DNA of 32,000 bases from Verrucomicrobiota bacterium (GTDB lineage: Bacteria > Verrucomicrobiota > Verrucomicrobiia > Opitutales > LL51): contig CP095464.1 in assembly GCA_021294815.2 (NCBI GenBank), positions 846,462 through 878,461 on the forward strand. The letters are read 5' to 3'. Within the stretch, counting starts at the first letter, position 1. Each line of letters opens with the position of its first letter. Below the pieces are notes generated by a model, which worked only from the letters and a program-made list of their open reading frames with translations, did not search any database and had not been told where the DNA came from. Below, piece by piece: positions 6,389 to 13,628 of this stretch. A program made the position numbers and the translations under genes.

Positions 6389-8554
6389 TTACCAAAATTT
6401 TTCGATTTGGCGAGTGGTAATTTGTTCCGGTGCTGCATAAAGCGGTAGAATTTTTTCATCGCCCTCAAGGCCATCGAGAAGTTGTTTCGCTTCCGCCGCG
6501 GATAAACCTGAAGGAGAAGGTTGTGGTTGAGCGGGATTTTGCTGGGGCTCTCCTTGTTGTGGGTCAGGATTTTTAGGCTGTCCTTGGTCCTTGTCCTTGT
6601 CCTTGTCCTTGTCCTTGTCCTTGTCCTTGTCCTTGTCCTTGTCCTTGTCCTTGTCCTTGTCCTTGTCCTTGTCCTTGTCCTTGTCCTTGTCCTTGTCCTT
6701 GTCCTTGTCCTTGTCCTTGTCCTTGTCCTTGTCCTTGTCCTTGTCCTTGTCCTTGTCCTTGTCCTTGTCCTTGTCCTTGTCCTTGTCCTTGTCCTTGTCC
6801 TTGTCCTTGTCCTTGTCCTTGTCCTTGTCCTTGTCCTTGTCCTTGTCCTTGTCCTTGTCCTTGTCCTCCGGTGCCTCCTTATCCGAATTTGCCTCTTTGT
6901 CAGCGTTATTTTCTGGATCTTCCTTTTGTTCGGAGTCTTTGTTATTCTCGTCAGATTCTGACGGATTCTGGTCGTTCTGGTCGTTCTGGTCGTTCTGGTC
7001 GTTCTGGTCGTTCTGGTCGTTCTGGTCGTTCTGGTCGTTCTGGTCGTTCTGGTCGTTCTGGTCGGGATCCTTTGGGGGCGTCAGGTCCTCTAATTTTTTG
7101 ATGCAATCGTCAACGTATTTCCAATTCTTTTTCGCGTCATCAAAGTTTTGATTTAATCCGATAGCATTAGAAAATGCGTCGCGGCTTGCCTCCCATTGTG
7201 CGCGCTTTTCTTGGGCAGTTGGAAGAGTTTCTCCGTACTTGAAGAGCGCGTTCCCGAGGTTGTAATAAATTTTTTCCTGAAGATTAATGGGAGCTTCTTG
7301 GAGCGCTTTCTGAAACGTTTCAATAGCCTCAGGATATCTCTGTAATGCGGTAAGTGTCGTGGCCTGGTTAAAGGTTTTTTCTTTAGTATCCGTACTAGTT
7401 TGCTCATAAAAATGGAGCGCATCCTCGTATTGTCCCCGCTGGAAAAGCTTTTCTCCAATACTTTCGCGTGCTAAGGTTTGCGAAATAGACAATGTCCAGA
7501 GAAGCCCAGAAACCAAGAAAATCGAAAGTTTATAATAGGCTGAGATTCCGTAGCGGGGGGGGCGCCGAGCAGTCCCAATGAGCATTTCCATTAATAACAG
7601 CACGAATGCTGGCAGTAAGAACCACAGATAGCGTTCGCAGGGAATGTGTTCAACTGACATATCGGCCTCTTGGGTAAGGTTGAGCGGAAATTGTTTTTTT
7701 AGTTCCTGGAGCAATAATGAACCCAAGTCGGCGGTGAATGGGTGATAATGTCCTCCTGTTTCATCGGCTAACTTTTTTAATGTCGCCTCATCGAGTACCG
7801 TCTTGACGACATTGCCATAGCGATCCTGAAGATCTTGAACCCTTCCGTCATCTAGCGTAATGGGAATGGTTGTTTCTTCCGTTGAACCGATACCGACGCT
7901 GTAGACATAAACGTCTTTGGGGAGGTTGATGCTCAAACTTTGCCCTTCGACTAGATCTTCACCGTCGGAAAAGACAAAAAGCACCTTTTGATTAGGAGAG
8001 GATTCGTAGACCGTTTCTGCGATACGTAACATCGTACTCAACGACGTTCCAAGAACAGGAATAATATCGGTGTCGAGCATCTGTAGACTGTGCGCAAACG
8101 TGGCATAATCTAAAGTTAGCGGGCACTGCAAAAAGGCCTCTCCGGCAAAGGCGATGAGCCCCACGCGATGGCCAGGAACTTGGCGTAAAAAATCAAGAAT
8201 CAGGAGTTTCGTGCGTTCGAGACGATTGGGGTTCATATCCTCGGCCAACATGCTTTTGGAAACGTCAACAGCGAATAGCAGATCGACGCCTCTCGGTTTC
8301 GTTGCGCGTTCTTCCTCTCCGAACTGAGGGCGACAAAGCGCGACACCCACCAATAAAGCCGCGGCGACAAATAAAAAGTGCTTCCACTTTCGACGTACAG
8401 GGCTATCGTTGGCCATCAGGATTGGTGCCAGCCGTTCTGTAGCAAAACGAGCGAGCCGACGTTTTCGGCGTGCCGCGGCGTAAGTGCTACCGAAGAAGAG
8501 AAACAAGATCAGCAGTGGTAAAAAGATAAGCGCAATGTCACGGTTCAAGCTCAT
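6389..8554 (-). CDS. batB: BatB-BatC fusion: TM + von Willebrand factor A domain + TM, then TPR repeats, (DQN)11 and (DK)46 low-complexity spacer and a short conserved tail; 721 aa
   Basis: The vWA MIDAS region is VDLLFAVDVSKSM...FVFSDGED. TPR-like repeats are EKLFQRGQYEDALHFYEQ...YYNLGNALFKYGE. The start is set to ATG 8554 (MSLNRDIALIFLPLLILF) because it forms an ATGA overlap with the BatA stop (8551-8554). The 28-codon upstream extension in the track has no support. Confidence 0.75.
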   Translation of the reverse strand: MSLNRDIALIFLPLLILFLFFGSTYAAARRKRRLARFATERLAPILMANDSPVRRKWKHFLFVAAALLVGVALCRPQFGEEERATKPRGVDLLFAVDVSKSMLAEDMNPNRLERTKLLILDFLRQVPGHRVGLIAFAGEAFLQCPLTLDYATFAHSLQMLDTDIIPVLGTSLSTMLRIAETVYESSPNQKVLFVFSDGEDLVEGQSLSINLPKDVYVYSVGIGSTEETTIPITLDDGRVQDLQDRYGNVVKTVLDEATLKKLADETGGHYHPFTADLGSLLLQELKKQFPLNLTQEADMSVEHIPCERYLWFLLPAFVLLLMEMLIGTARRPPRYGISAYYKLSIFLVSGLLWTLSISQTLARESIGEKLFQRGQYEDALHFYEQTSTDTKEKTFNQATTLTALQRYPEAIETFQKALQEAPINLQEKIYYNLGNALFKYGETLPTAQEKRAQWEASRDAFSNAIGLNQNFDDAKKNWKYVDDCIKKLEDLTPPKDPDQNDQNDQNDQNDQNDQNDQNDQNDQNDQNDQNPSESDENNKDSEQKEDPENNADKEANSDKEAPEDKDKDKDKDKDKDKDKDKDKDKDKDKDKDKDKDKDKDKDKDKDKDKDKDKDKDKDKDKDKDKDKDKDKDKDKDKDKDKDKDKDKDKDKDKDKDQGQPKNPDPQQGEPQQNPAQPQPSPSGLSAAEAKQLLDGLEGDEKILPLYAAPEQITTRQIEKFW
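6587..6862 (-). repeat. Perfect hexanucleotide tandem array (GTCCTT)46 on the plus strand, equal to (AAGGAC)46 on the coding strand, encoding alternating Lys-Asp
   Basis: Counted directly: units start at 6587 and run uninterrupted to 6862 (276 bp). A degenerate unit lies at 6580-6585 and a partial unit at 6863-6867. The protein context is PE(DK)46DQGQ. Confidence 0.95.
6965..7063 (-). repeat. Nonanucleotide tandem array (GTTCTGGTC)11 on the plus strand (first copy ATTCTGGTC), encoding (DQN)11
   Basis: Counted directly: 11 units of 9 bp, 99 bp in total. Coding strand is GACCAGAAC (Asp-Gln-Asn). Confidence 0.95.
7555..7562 (-). repeat. G8 (plus) / C8 (coding strand) homopolymer inside the batB-batC fusion
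   Basis: Sequence is tagcGGGGGGGGcgcc. The coding strand reads cgg cgc ccc ccc cgc (RRPPR). It is the only G/C run of 8 or more that I found by eye in the window. Confidence 0.9.
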
Positions 8555-9579
8555 GGGATGCGTTGTAGTTTTGTCGCTCGAAGGAGAAATTCGAGGAGCA
8601 GTAATAACATCGCGACGGCAACAAGCCACGGGAACCATTCATCGACGATCGCGTACTGCTGTAATTTTACGTCTGTTTTTTCAAGTTGATCGATGGTTTC
8701 GTAAATTTGGGAAAATTCCTCGCGATTTTCGGCCCGAAAGAACTGGCCCTGGGTTTGTTCGGCGATTGCGCGCAACGGGGCTTCATCGAGCTCTGTCATG
8801 TACTGAACTGCGATGTATTTCCCGTCGTAATCCGTCTGTATGTGTCCTTGCTCATCGGTAACAGCGAAGGGGACGAGGCCAGATTTCCCGACGCCAATCG
8901 TATAAATTTTAATTCCAAGTGCTGCCGCTGCTTCGGCCGCGACAACCGGCGATAGCGTACCACAGTTGTTGTCGCCGTCGGTAACAAGTACGATAATTTT
9001 GCTTTTAGCCTGGCTATTTTTGAGACGATTGGCACACATGCAGATTGTGTCGCCGATTGCTGTGCCATCCTCGATCAACTTCACGTGAAGCCGTCGTAGA
9101 TTGTCTTTGAGCCAGGTGTGGTTGAGTGTGAGAGGGCTCACGAGGTACGGTTCTCCGGCAAAAGCACACATTCCGAGGCGGTCATTAGGGCGATTTTCGA
9201 TAAACACCTTTGTGACCTCTTTGGCAATGTCGAGGCGCGTGATCGTCTTTTCCCGATCGCTAAAATCGAGACCCATCATCGATCCCGAAACATCGATCGC
9301 GAGCATGATATCGACGCCGCTTGAATTAACTTCCGTGAATTTCGATACCCACTGAGGGCGCGCCAGAGCGATAACAATGGCCGAAAGCGCTCCGAAGCGA
9401 AGCATAGAAAGAATCGGGCGTTGTTTTGGTTTTTTGGTAAAGCATCTTTTTATGCCATCAATCGACGAAAATTTGAACGTGGCATAACGGACATATTTTC
9501 GCTTCAATGCGAAAAACAGTGGCAGTAGCAACAGCAGCCACAAAAAATATGGGTCATGAAATGTAAAGCTTTGGGTCAT
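8551..9579 (-). CDS. batA: BatA-family vWA domain membrane protein
   Basis: The N-terminus FTFHDPYFLWLLLLLPLFFAL is typical of BatA. vWA MIDAS is VDIMLAIDVSGSM...VLVTDGDNN. A C-terminal TM is WFPWLVAVAMLLLLLEFLL. ATGA overlaps occur at both ends (9576-9579 and 8551-8554). Confidence 0.8.
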   Translation of the reverse strand: MTQSFTFHDPYFLWLLLLLPLFFALKRKYVRYATFKFSSIDGIKRCFTKKPKQRPILSMLRFGALSAIVIALARPQWVSKFTEVNSSGVDIMLAIDVSGSMMGLDFSDREKTITRLDIAKEVTKVFIENRPNDRLGMCAFAGEPYLVSPLTLNHTWLKDNLRRLHVKLIEDGTAIGDTICMCANRLKNSQAKSKIIVLVTDGDNNCGTLSPVVAAEAAAALGIKIYTIGVGKSGLVPFAVTDEQGHIQTDYDGKYIAVQYMTELDEAPLRAIAEQTQGQFFRAENREEFSQIYETIDQLEKTDVKLQQYAIVDEWFPWLVAVAMLLLLLEFLLRATKLQRIP

Positions 9580-10184
9580 GTCGCGGGAGTCGATTTAGGT
9601 TTGCTGTGGTGGATCCGTACAAAGCGCGCAAAGCGACAGGTTTTAACAAAAAGTTCCTTTTGGATATCCTCAGTCAGCGCCTCTCGGGCAAATTTCGCGA
9701 CGTCGGAGGACTGTAAAACGTCGGACAGTAGGGCGACCTGTTGCCATGAAAACTGTGTTGATTTACTGAAAAGGTTGAGAAATTCTTCCGTCGTCCGGCA
9801 GGTCAGAGAAAGGTGATATTCGCGCTGAAGATATGACTTTAGAGCGAAACACAGAGCGCTACAAAAATGAGGCGCTTTTCCAAGCAGTTGGCGAGATTTT
9901 TTGAGGTCGCTCAGAAGCTGTTGATACGAGGTAAGCGGTAGGGTAGGACGCGCGGTAGAACGACGGTACCAACGCCATAATATTCCGAGTAAAAATAATC
10001 CCAATAAGATACCCAGCGTTGTCAAAATAGGGACACGATAATCTCCAATCGGCAAAGGGGGAATCTCGGGTAAAAGCTCTTTGGGAACCTCGAAGTCTTC
10101 CGTAACAACCGCGGAGCTCGCCATTAACGGTGAAACTGAGCCGCATGCTACTGCATAAAAAAAACCGAATCGAGAGATTCCCAT
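9576..10184 (-). CDS. DUF4381-like single-pass membrane protein, first gene of the Bat-like operon
   Basis: 202 aa. The segment LPEIPPLPIGDYRVPILTTLGILLGLFLLGILWRWYRR followed by a helical cytoplasmic part matches the small protein usually found just upstream of batA. Its stop overlaps the batA ATG as ATGA. Confidence 0.55.
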   Translation of the reverse strand: MGISRFGFFYAVACGSVSPLMASSAVVTEDFEVPKELLPEIPPLPIGDYRVPILTTLGILLGLFLLGILWRWYRRSTARPTLPLTSYQQLLSDLKKSRQLLGKAPHFCSALCFALKSYLQREYHLSLTCRTTEEFLNLFSKSTQFSWQQVALLSDVLQSSDVAKFAREALTEDIQKELFVKTCRFARFVRIHHSKPKSTPAT

Positions 10185-10196
10185 GGGTTGGCCTGT

Positions 10197-10224
10197 AGGG
10201 TAGGAGGGATGAGGAAATTGTCAA
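10197..10224 (-). promoter_or_regulatory. Candidate sigma70-type promoter for the Bat-like operon
   Basis: On the minus strand: TTGACA (10224-10219), a 16-nt spacer, then TACCCT (10202-10197), 12 nt before ATG 10184. The -35 is perfect and the -10 is poor. Confidence 0.3.
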
Positions 10225-10263
10225 TACATGCGCTTGTTTCACAGAAATTTTCGCGACACATAC

Positions 10264-10290
10264 TTGAACTTTTTGGGAAAATTCTATAGC
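10264..10290 (+). promoter_or_regulatory. Candidate promoter for pheS, with the -10 ending 7 nt before the ATG
   Basis: TTGAAC (10264-10269), a 15-nt spacer, then TATAGC (10285-10290), then tgagcgc and ATG 10298. There is no SD-like purine run in between. Confidence 0.35.
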
Positions 10291-10297
10291 TGAGCGC

Positions 10298-11341
10298 ATG
10301 GAGTTGTTGCGGAGTGATCTCGTTAAGAAGGCGCGCGAAAAAATTGCCATAGTTGATTCGCTATCGACGCTGGAGTCGTTAAAGGCGGAGTTTTTAGGTC
10401 CGAATGGAGTGATTCGAAAAGCGAGTCAGGCTGTGCGGGAGCTGTCGCCCTCAGAACGACCAGCATTTGGACGTCAGTTAAACACATTAAAAGACGCGAT
10501 TGAGTCGCTCTTTGTTTCCAAGGCGCAAGAACTCTCCGATCGAAATCTCTTAAGTCAGCTGCCGCAATCACTTGATATCACACTCAACGCGCGAGATTCG
10601 TGGCGTGGAAGTATTCATCCATTAACCCAGGTTCGCGAAGAGTTAGAGACGATTTTTCATCACATTGGGTTTGTAACCGTTGATGGTCCGGAGGTCGAAA
10701 CGGAGTGGTTTTGCTTTGATGCGCTCAATACGCCGCCGTCGCACCCAGCCCGCGATGCCATGGATACCTTTTTTTTACCCGAAGATGTGACGATGCGTAC
10801 GACGAGTAAGCACGCTGACGAGCGCTATATTTTACGTTCCCACACCTCAACGGTCCAGATTCGGACGATGCTTAAAGAAAAACCTCCGTTACGTGTTGTT
10901 TCTCCCGGACGGACTTTTCGACGCGATACGGTAGATGCCACGCACAGCGCAAACTTCCACCAGTTTGAGGCCCTCTATGTCGACGAACACGTTTCCGTAT
11001 GCGATCTTTACGCAACTCTTGACTATGCCCTGAAGCGATTTTTTGGGAAAAATACCCGAACACGGTTACGTCCGAGCTTTTTCCCGTTTACCGAGCCGAG
11101 TTTTGAAATGGATTTTCGCGCACAAAATATCGGTAAGCTCAGTGATCAGTGGATCGAAGTTTTGGGATGTGGCCTTGTCGATCCCAATGTTTTTGAGGCC
11201 GTCGGGATTGATCCAACTCGCTATACCGGTTTCGCAGCGGGATTTGGCATTGAACGCCTCGCTATGTTACGTTACGGTATTGATGACGTACGCCTGTTTT
11301 ACCAAAACGATCTTCGCTTTCTGGATCAGTTCGCTCGGTAA
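10298..11341 (+). CDS. pheS: Phenylalanine--tRNA ligase alpha subunit
   Basis: 347 aa. Class II aaRS motifs are present: RSHTSTVQIR, PGRTFRRDTVDATHSANFHQFEALYVD and GFAAGFGIERLAMLRYGIDDVRLFYQNDLRFLDQF. Confidence 0.95.
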   Translation: MELLRSDLVKKAREKIAIVDSLSTLESLKAEFLGPNGVIRKASQAVRELSPSERPAFGRQLNTLKDAIESLFVSKAQELSDRNLLSQLPQSLDITLNARDSWRGSIHPLTQVREELETIFHHIGFVTVDGPEVETEWFCFDALNTPPSHPARDAMDTFFLPEDVTMRTTSKHADERYILRSHTSTVQIRTMLKEKPPLRVVSPGRTFRRDTVDATHSANFHQFEALYVDEHVSVCDLYATLDYALKRFFGKNTRTRLRPSFFPFTEPSFEMDFRAQNIGKLSDQWIEVLGCGLVDPNVFEAVGIDPTRYTGFAAGFGIERLAMLRYGIDDVRLFYQNDLRFLDQFAR

Positions 11342-11345
11342 TGAA

Positions 11346-11702
11346 TTAGGATGCGCGCTGGAAGTAGCTGACGGAGTTGTAATCGACGAGCGTGATTTTA
11401 ACGAGTTGAGAAACGCTCAATTCGACGCTATTGACCTGCTTTCCAATCCGCTTTTTAAGCTGTGTTTTCGGTACATTGGGAACCGGAACGGTTTTTGAAA
11501 GACTGTGGAGCGAGGTTAACGGGGGGATTTTTGTTTCCTTGGAATTTTTGCGATCGCGGTAGATGGCCGCTTTACGGTGCTGTAGTTTGCGATGAGGAAC
11601 GACCTGCCAACTGTCACTCGGAATTTTGGGTCTTTTCCTGACGATAAATTCATCTTCGAATTCATTAGTTTCATCGACAATCTTTTTTCTTCTTCCCATC
11701 AT
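11346..11702 (-). CDS. Small basic hypothetical protein (118 aa) translationally linked to the upstream chaperone-like gene
   Basis: The track ORF (151 aa, start 11801) overlaps the upstream gene by 92 nt. The in-frame tandem ATG ATG at 11702/11699 is preceded by TAAGGAGGAC, which is the upstream stop TAA plus a consensus SD. The product MMGRRKKIVDETNEFEDEFIVRKRPKIP... is Lys/Arg rich and I recognise no family. Confidence 0.55.
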   Translation of the reverse strand: MMGRRKKIVDETNEFEDEFIVRKRPKIPSDSWQVVPHRKLQHRKAAIYRDRKNSKETKIPPLTSLHSLSKTVPVPNVPKTQLKKRIGKQVNSVELSVSQLVKITLVDYNSVSYFQRAS

Positions 11703-11704
11703 GT

Positions 11705-11711
11705 CCTCCTT
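11705..11711 (-). promoter_or_regulatory. Shine-Dalgarno site AAGGAGG
   Basis: The minus strand reads TAAGGAGGACATGATG. The TAA is the stop of the chaperone-like gene. The SD lies 2 nt before the first ATG and 5 nt before the second. Confidence 0.7.
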
Positions 11712-12198
11712 AATATTTCCATGAACCGTACTCTTTTTCTTCCGTTTTAGGCTTGGAATCTTCTTCGAGTAGTAGTTCCGCTTCGCTGCAGATGTCGTCA
11801 ATTCGCTTCATCCAGGCCTCAGCAACATCGACAAAAACCGCGATGTCGTCTTCGAAATTTTCGACTTCGCGCAACGGTAACTCAAATTTGCGCTGCAATA
11901 CCAGAGTTTGTGTCTGTTTGTCGAGTGCAAAGGTAGAACCGTTTGAAATCCGCCAGAAGAAGTTTGCTTCCAGTAAAATCCCTAAAACTAACTCTTTAGC
12001 CGCAAATGGGACGACGCTGATGTACGCATACACGATGAGTTCATGGCGCTCCTCATCGAGCTCTAGATTGAGTACAATTTTTTCATCTAAGAGGATTAAA
12101 CATCGGTTATTCGCGTCTAGTTCAAGGGGTAAATCGAGCACTTTCCCCAGTTGCCTCAGTAAACCATTGACTTCCGTTTTGTCCTCCGCGTTTCCCAT
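11710..12198 (-). CDS. CesT/SycE-like (class I type III secretion chaperone fold) protein, 162 aa
   Basis: The pattern LLRQLGKVLDLPLELDANNRCLILLDEKIVLNLELDEERHELIVYAYISVVP...LGILLEANFFWRISNGSTFALDKQTQTLVLQRKFELPL..FEDDIAVFVDVAEAWMKRI follows the CesT/Tir-chaperone layout as I recall it from chlamydial Slc1/Mcsc-type chaperones. The start is set to ATG 12198 because the TTG-initiated extension to 12261 runs through an intrinsic terminator. A YbjN-like non-T3SS homologue cannot be excluded. Confidence 0.55.
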   Translation of the reverse strand: MGNAEDKTEVNGLLRQLGKVLDLPLELDANNRCLILLDEKIVLNLELDEERHELIVYAYISVVPFAAKELVLGILLEANFFWRISNGSTFALDKQTQTLVLQRKFELPLREVENFEDDIAVFVDVAEAWMKRIDDICSEAELLLEEDSKPKTEEKEYGSWKY

Positions 12199-12245
12199 CT
12201 TCCCTGTGCCCTGACGGAGATAAAATTGATTTTTACAATTTTCGC

Positions 12246-12277
12246 AATAAAAAAACGCCAAATTAACATTGGCGTTT
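12246..12277 (-). terminator. Rho-independent terminator after the lipoprotein gene
   Basis: The minus strand reads AAACGCCAA-TGTTAAT-TTGGCGTTT followed by TTTTATT. It has a perfect 9-bp stem (12277-12269 pairing with 12261-12253), a 7-nt loop and a U-tract. It begins 22 nt after the stop at 12300. Confidence 0.6.
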
Positions 12278-12299
12278 CGTCGTTTAAAATGTGGGGCCT

Positions 12300-13610
12300 T
12301 TAGTTTGCGATCACGAGGCTTGGAACAGCCGTATTGGGATCTCCAGAGAGAAGGTCAAATAGGTGCTTAAGAAGCATAAATGTGGTCTTTGAATCGAGAT
12401 CATTATCGGCGATATAGAACCACTTACCGCGATGCCGGACACAAACCGCTGAATTTTTGGGTGCTTGGCGTTCTGTCGAACAGAGTACATGGAGCCATTT
12501 TCCAGAAAGTTGATGTTCCCAGTCGAAAATACTACCATCTTTGGCGATTGTTTGGCTAACTAAACCGTTGACGACATCTTCCTCCGGTACTTGGACTGCA
12601 TGGGAGAGGAAGAATAAAATCTCCATGAGGGAGCGTGTTCGCACAAGAAGGTCTTTTCCACTTCCGAGATGAGAAAAATTCGAAGTAAGCTTAAACTCAG
12701 ATTTTTCGGGATTTAGCTCGAGAGATTTCTTTAATTCGAGGATATCGGATTGCTTGGGGTCATTGGAATTAAACCTCATAATCAGGTCTTTATCCGGTCC
12801 CAAAACAAGTTTTATGCCCTTATACAGACGTTTCAACTCTTTAACATACTGTGCCAAAGGGGTGTCCTGTTGGGATGATAGAGATGGCAAACCAGTAATT
12901 TCCTGACTAACCATTTTCCTCACTCCATGGACGAAATAGTCCCAGATTTGTGAACACTGCCGAAGAAACGCATTACCGGGGACAGGGCCCAGAGTTTCCT
13001 CAAGATCCTTACGACCAACACCGAAAATGAGCAGATCTTCTTTATAGAGATGGTTCAATAATTTAACGCATTGCTCAAAGGACTCGTATTCCGGAGGGCG
13101 TTTGGGGGTGGGCCCGGAGGCCTCCGAAGCATTATCGAGCCGATTAAGTCGCTCGACACAAATGTTAAACACGCGCTTAGGCGACCAACCGGTTTGAATG
13201 AGTCCTAGAACGAGTGGGATCGGAATGGGTGTCGCAATCGCTTTGGTGAATTTTTCCCCTTTTAGTGGAGAGAATGTGATACTGGGATTTTGGAAATTTT
13301 CCATGTAGGCGACGCCGAGCGAGACGTCGAAATTGCCGTGCTTACTAATTTTAGAGCCCTGAGGACCGACACGCGTCGTGAATTTGCGATTTTCAACAAT
13401 GTTGCTCACCTCGAGGAAACAGGTCGTCTCGCGATATTTTAAGCGTACGAGATTTAATAATAGCTGCTCGTTATCGGTTTTAACGATACTCTCGTTATAA
13501 CTCGGTTTGACCTCCTGAATCACCTTAGGACCAACCGATTCACAGCCACCAAGTAGCAATAGCGCGCCCACACAGCCACCCAACTTCCCCAATCTACTTA
13601 CTGATCTCAT
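12300..13610 (-). CDS. Hypothetical lipoprotein (436 aa), conserved-looking but with no family I can name
   Basis: MRSVSRLGKLGGCVGALLLLGGC carries a lipobox-like LGGC. The start is set to ATG 13610 because TTG 13646 lies inside the predicted promoter spacer. The C-terminal RGKWFYIADNDLDSKTTFMLLKHLFDL looks like a conserved module. Confidence 0.5.
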   Translation of the reverse strand: MRSVSRLGKLGGCVGALLLLGGCESVGPKVIQEVKPSYNESIVKTDNEQLLLNLVRLKYRETTCFLEVSNIVENRKFTTRVGPQGSKISKHGNFDVSLGVAYMENFQNPSITFSPLKGEKFTKAIATPIPIPLVLGLIQTGWSPKRVFNICVERLNRLDNASEASGPTPKRPPEYESFEQCVKLLNHLYKEDLLIFGVGRKDLEETLGPVPGNAFLRQCSQIWDYFVHGVRKMVSQEITGLPSLSSQQDTPLAQYVKELKRLYKGIKLVLGPDKDLIMRFNSNDPKQSDILELKKSLELNPEKSEFKLTSNFSHLGSGKDLLVRTRSLMEILFFLSHAVQVPEEDVVNGLVSQTIAKDGSIFDWEHQLSGKWLHVLCSTERQAPKNSAVCVRHRGKWFYIADNDLDSKTTFMLLKHLFDLLSGDPNTAVPSLVIAN

Positions 13611-13628
13611 CTTTACAGAACCCCGGCG

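Noticed and set aside
6587-7063. Possible CRISPR array because of the striking periodicity.
   Set aside because: The units are 6 bp and 9 bp, contiguous with no spacers, and lie in frame inside a CDS. There are no cas genes.
6521-7151. Plus-strand ORFs encoding poly-(LV), poly-(SL) and (GRS/WSF) repeats (track entries 6521..6961, 6591..7151, 6871..7101).
   Set aside because: They are alternative-frame readings of the tandem arrays, antisense to a well-supported vWA/TPR gene. They have no independent start or RBS evidence.
8555-8638. The 28-codon N-terminal extension of the BatB-C ORF (MVPVACCRRDVITAPR..).
   Set aside because: It overlaps the batA 3' end. The ATG at 8554 forms an ATGA coupling and gives the family-typical hydrophobic N-terminus.
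10185-10297. T-box or attenuator leader upstream of pheS.
   Set aside because: Only 113 bp is shared with a divergent promoter. I could find no specifier or antiterminator-like structure, and the -10 sits 7 nt from the ATG.
9859-10350. A 163-aa minus-strand ORF spanning the divergent promoter region and the pheS start.
   Set aside because: It is in an alternative frame to the DUF4381 gene, crosses both predicted promoters and has no motifs.
10298-11341. pheS is not followed by pheT.
   Set aside because: This is a gene-order observation only. Split pheS/pheT occurs in a number of lineages and nothing in the sequence suggests loss or decay.
11753-12214. A 153-aa Ser-rich plus-strand ORF.
   Set aside because: It is antisense to the chaperone-like gene, and its low-complexity composition is typical of a shadow ORF.
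12199-12261. TTG-initiated extension of the chaperone-like ORF (MAFFYCENCKNQFYLRQGTGK), which superficially looks like a CxxC zinc knuckle.
   Set aside because: The extension is encoded by the terminator stem-loop and U-tract of the upstream gene. ATG 12198 gives the standard chaperone length.
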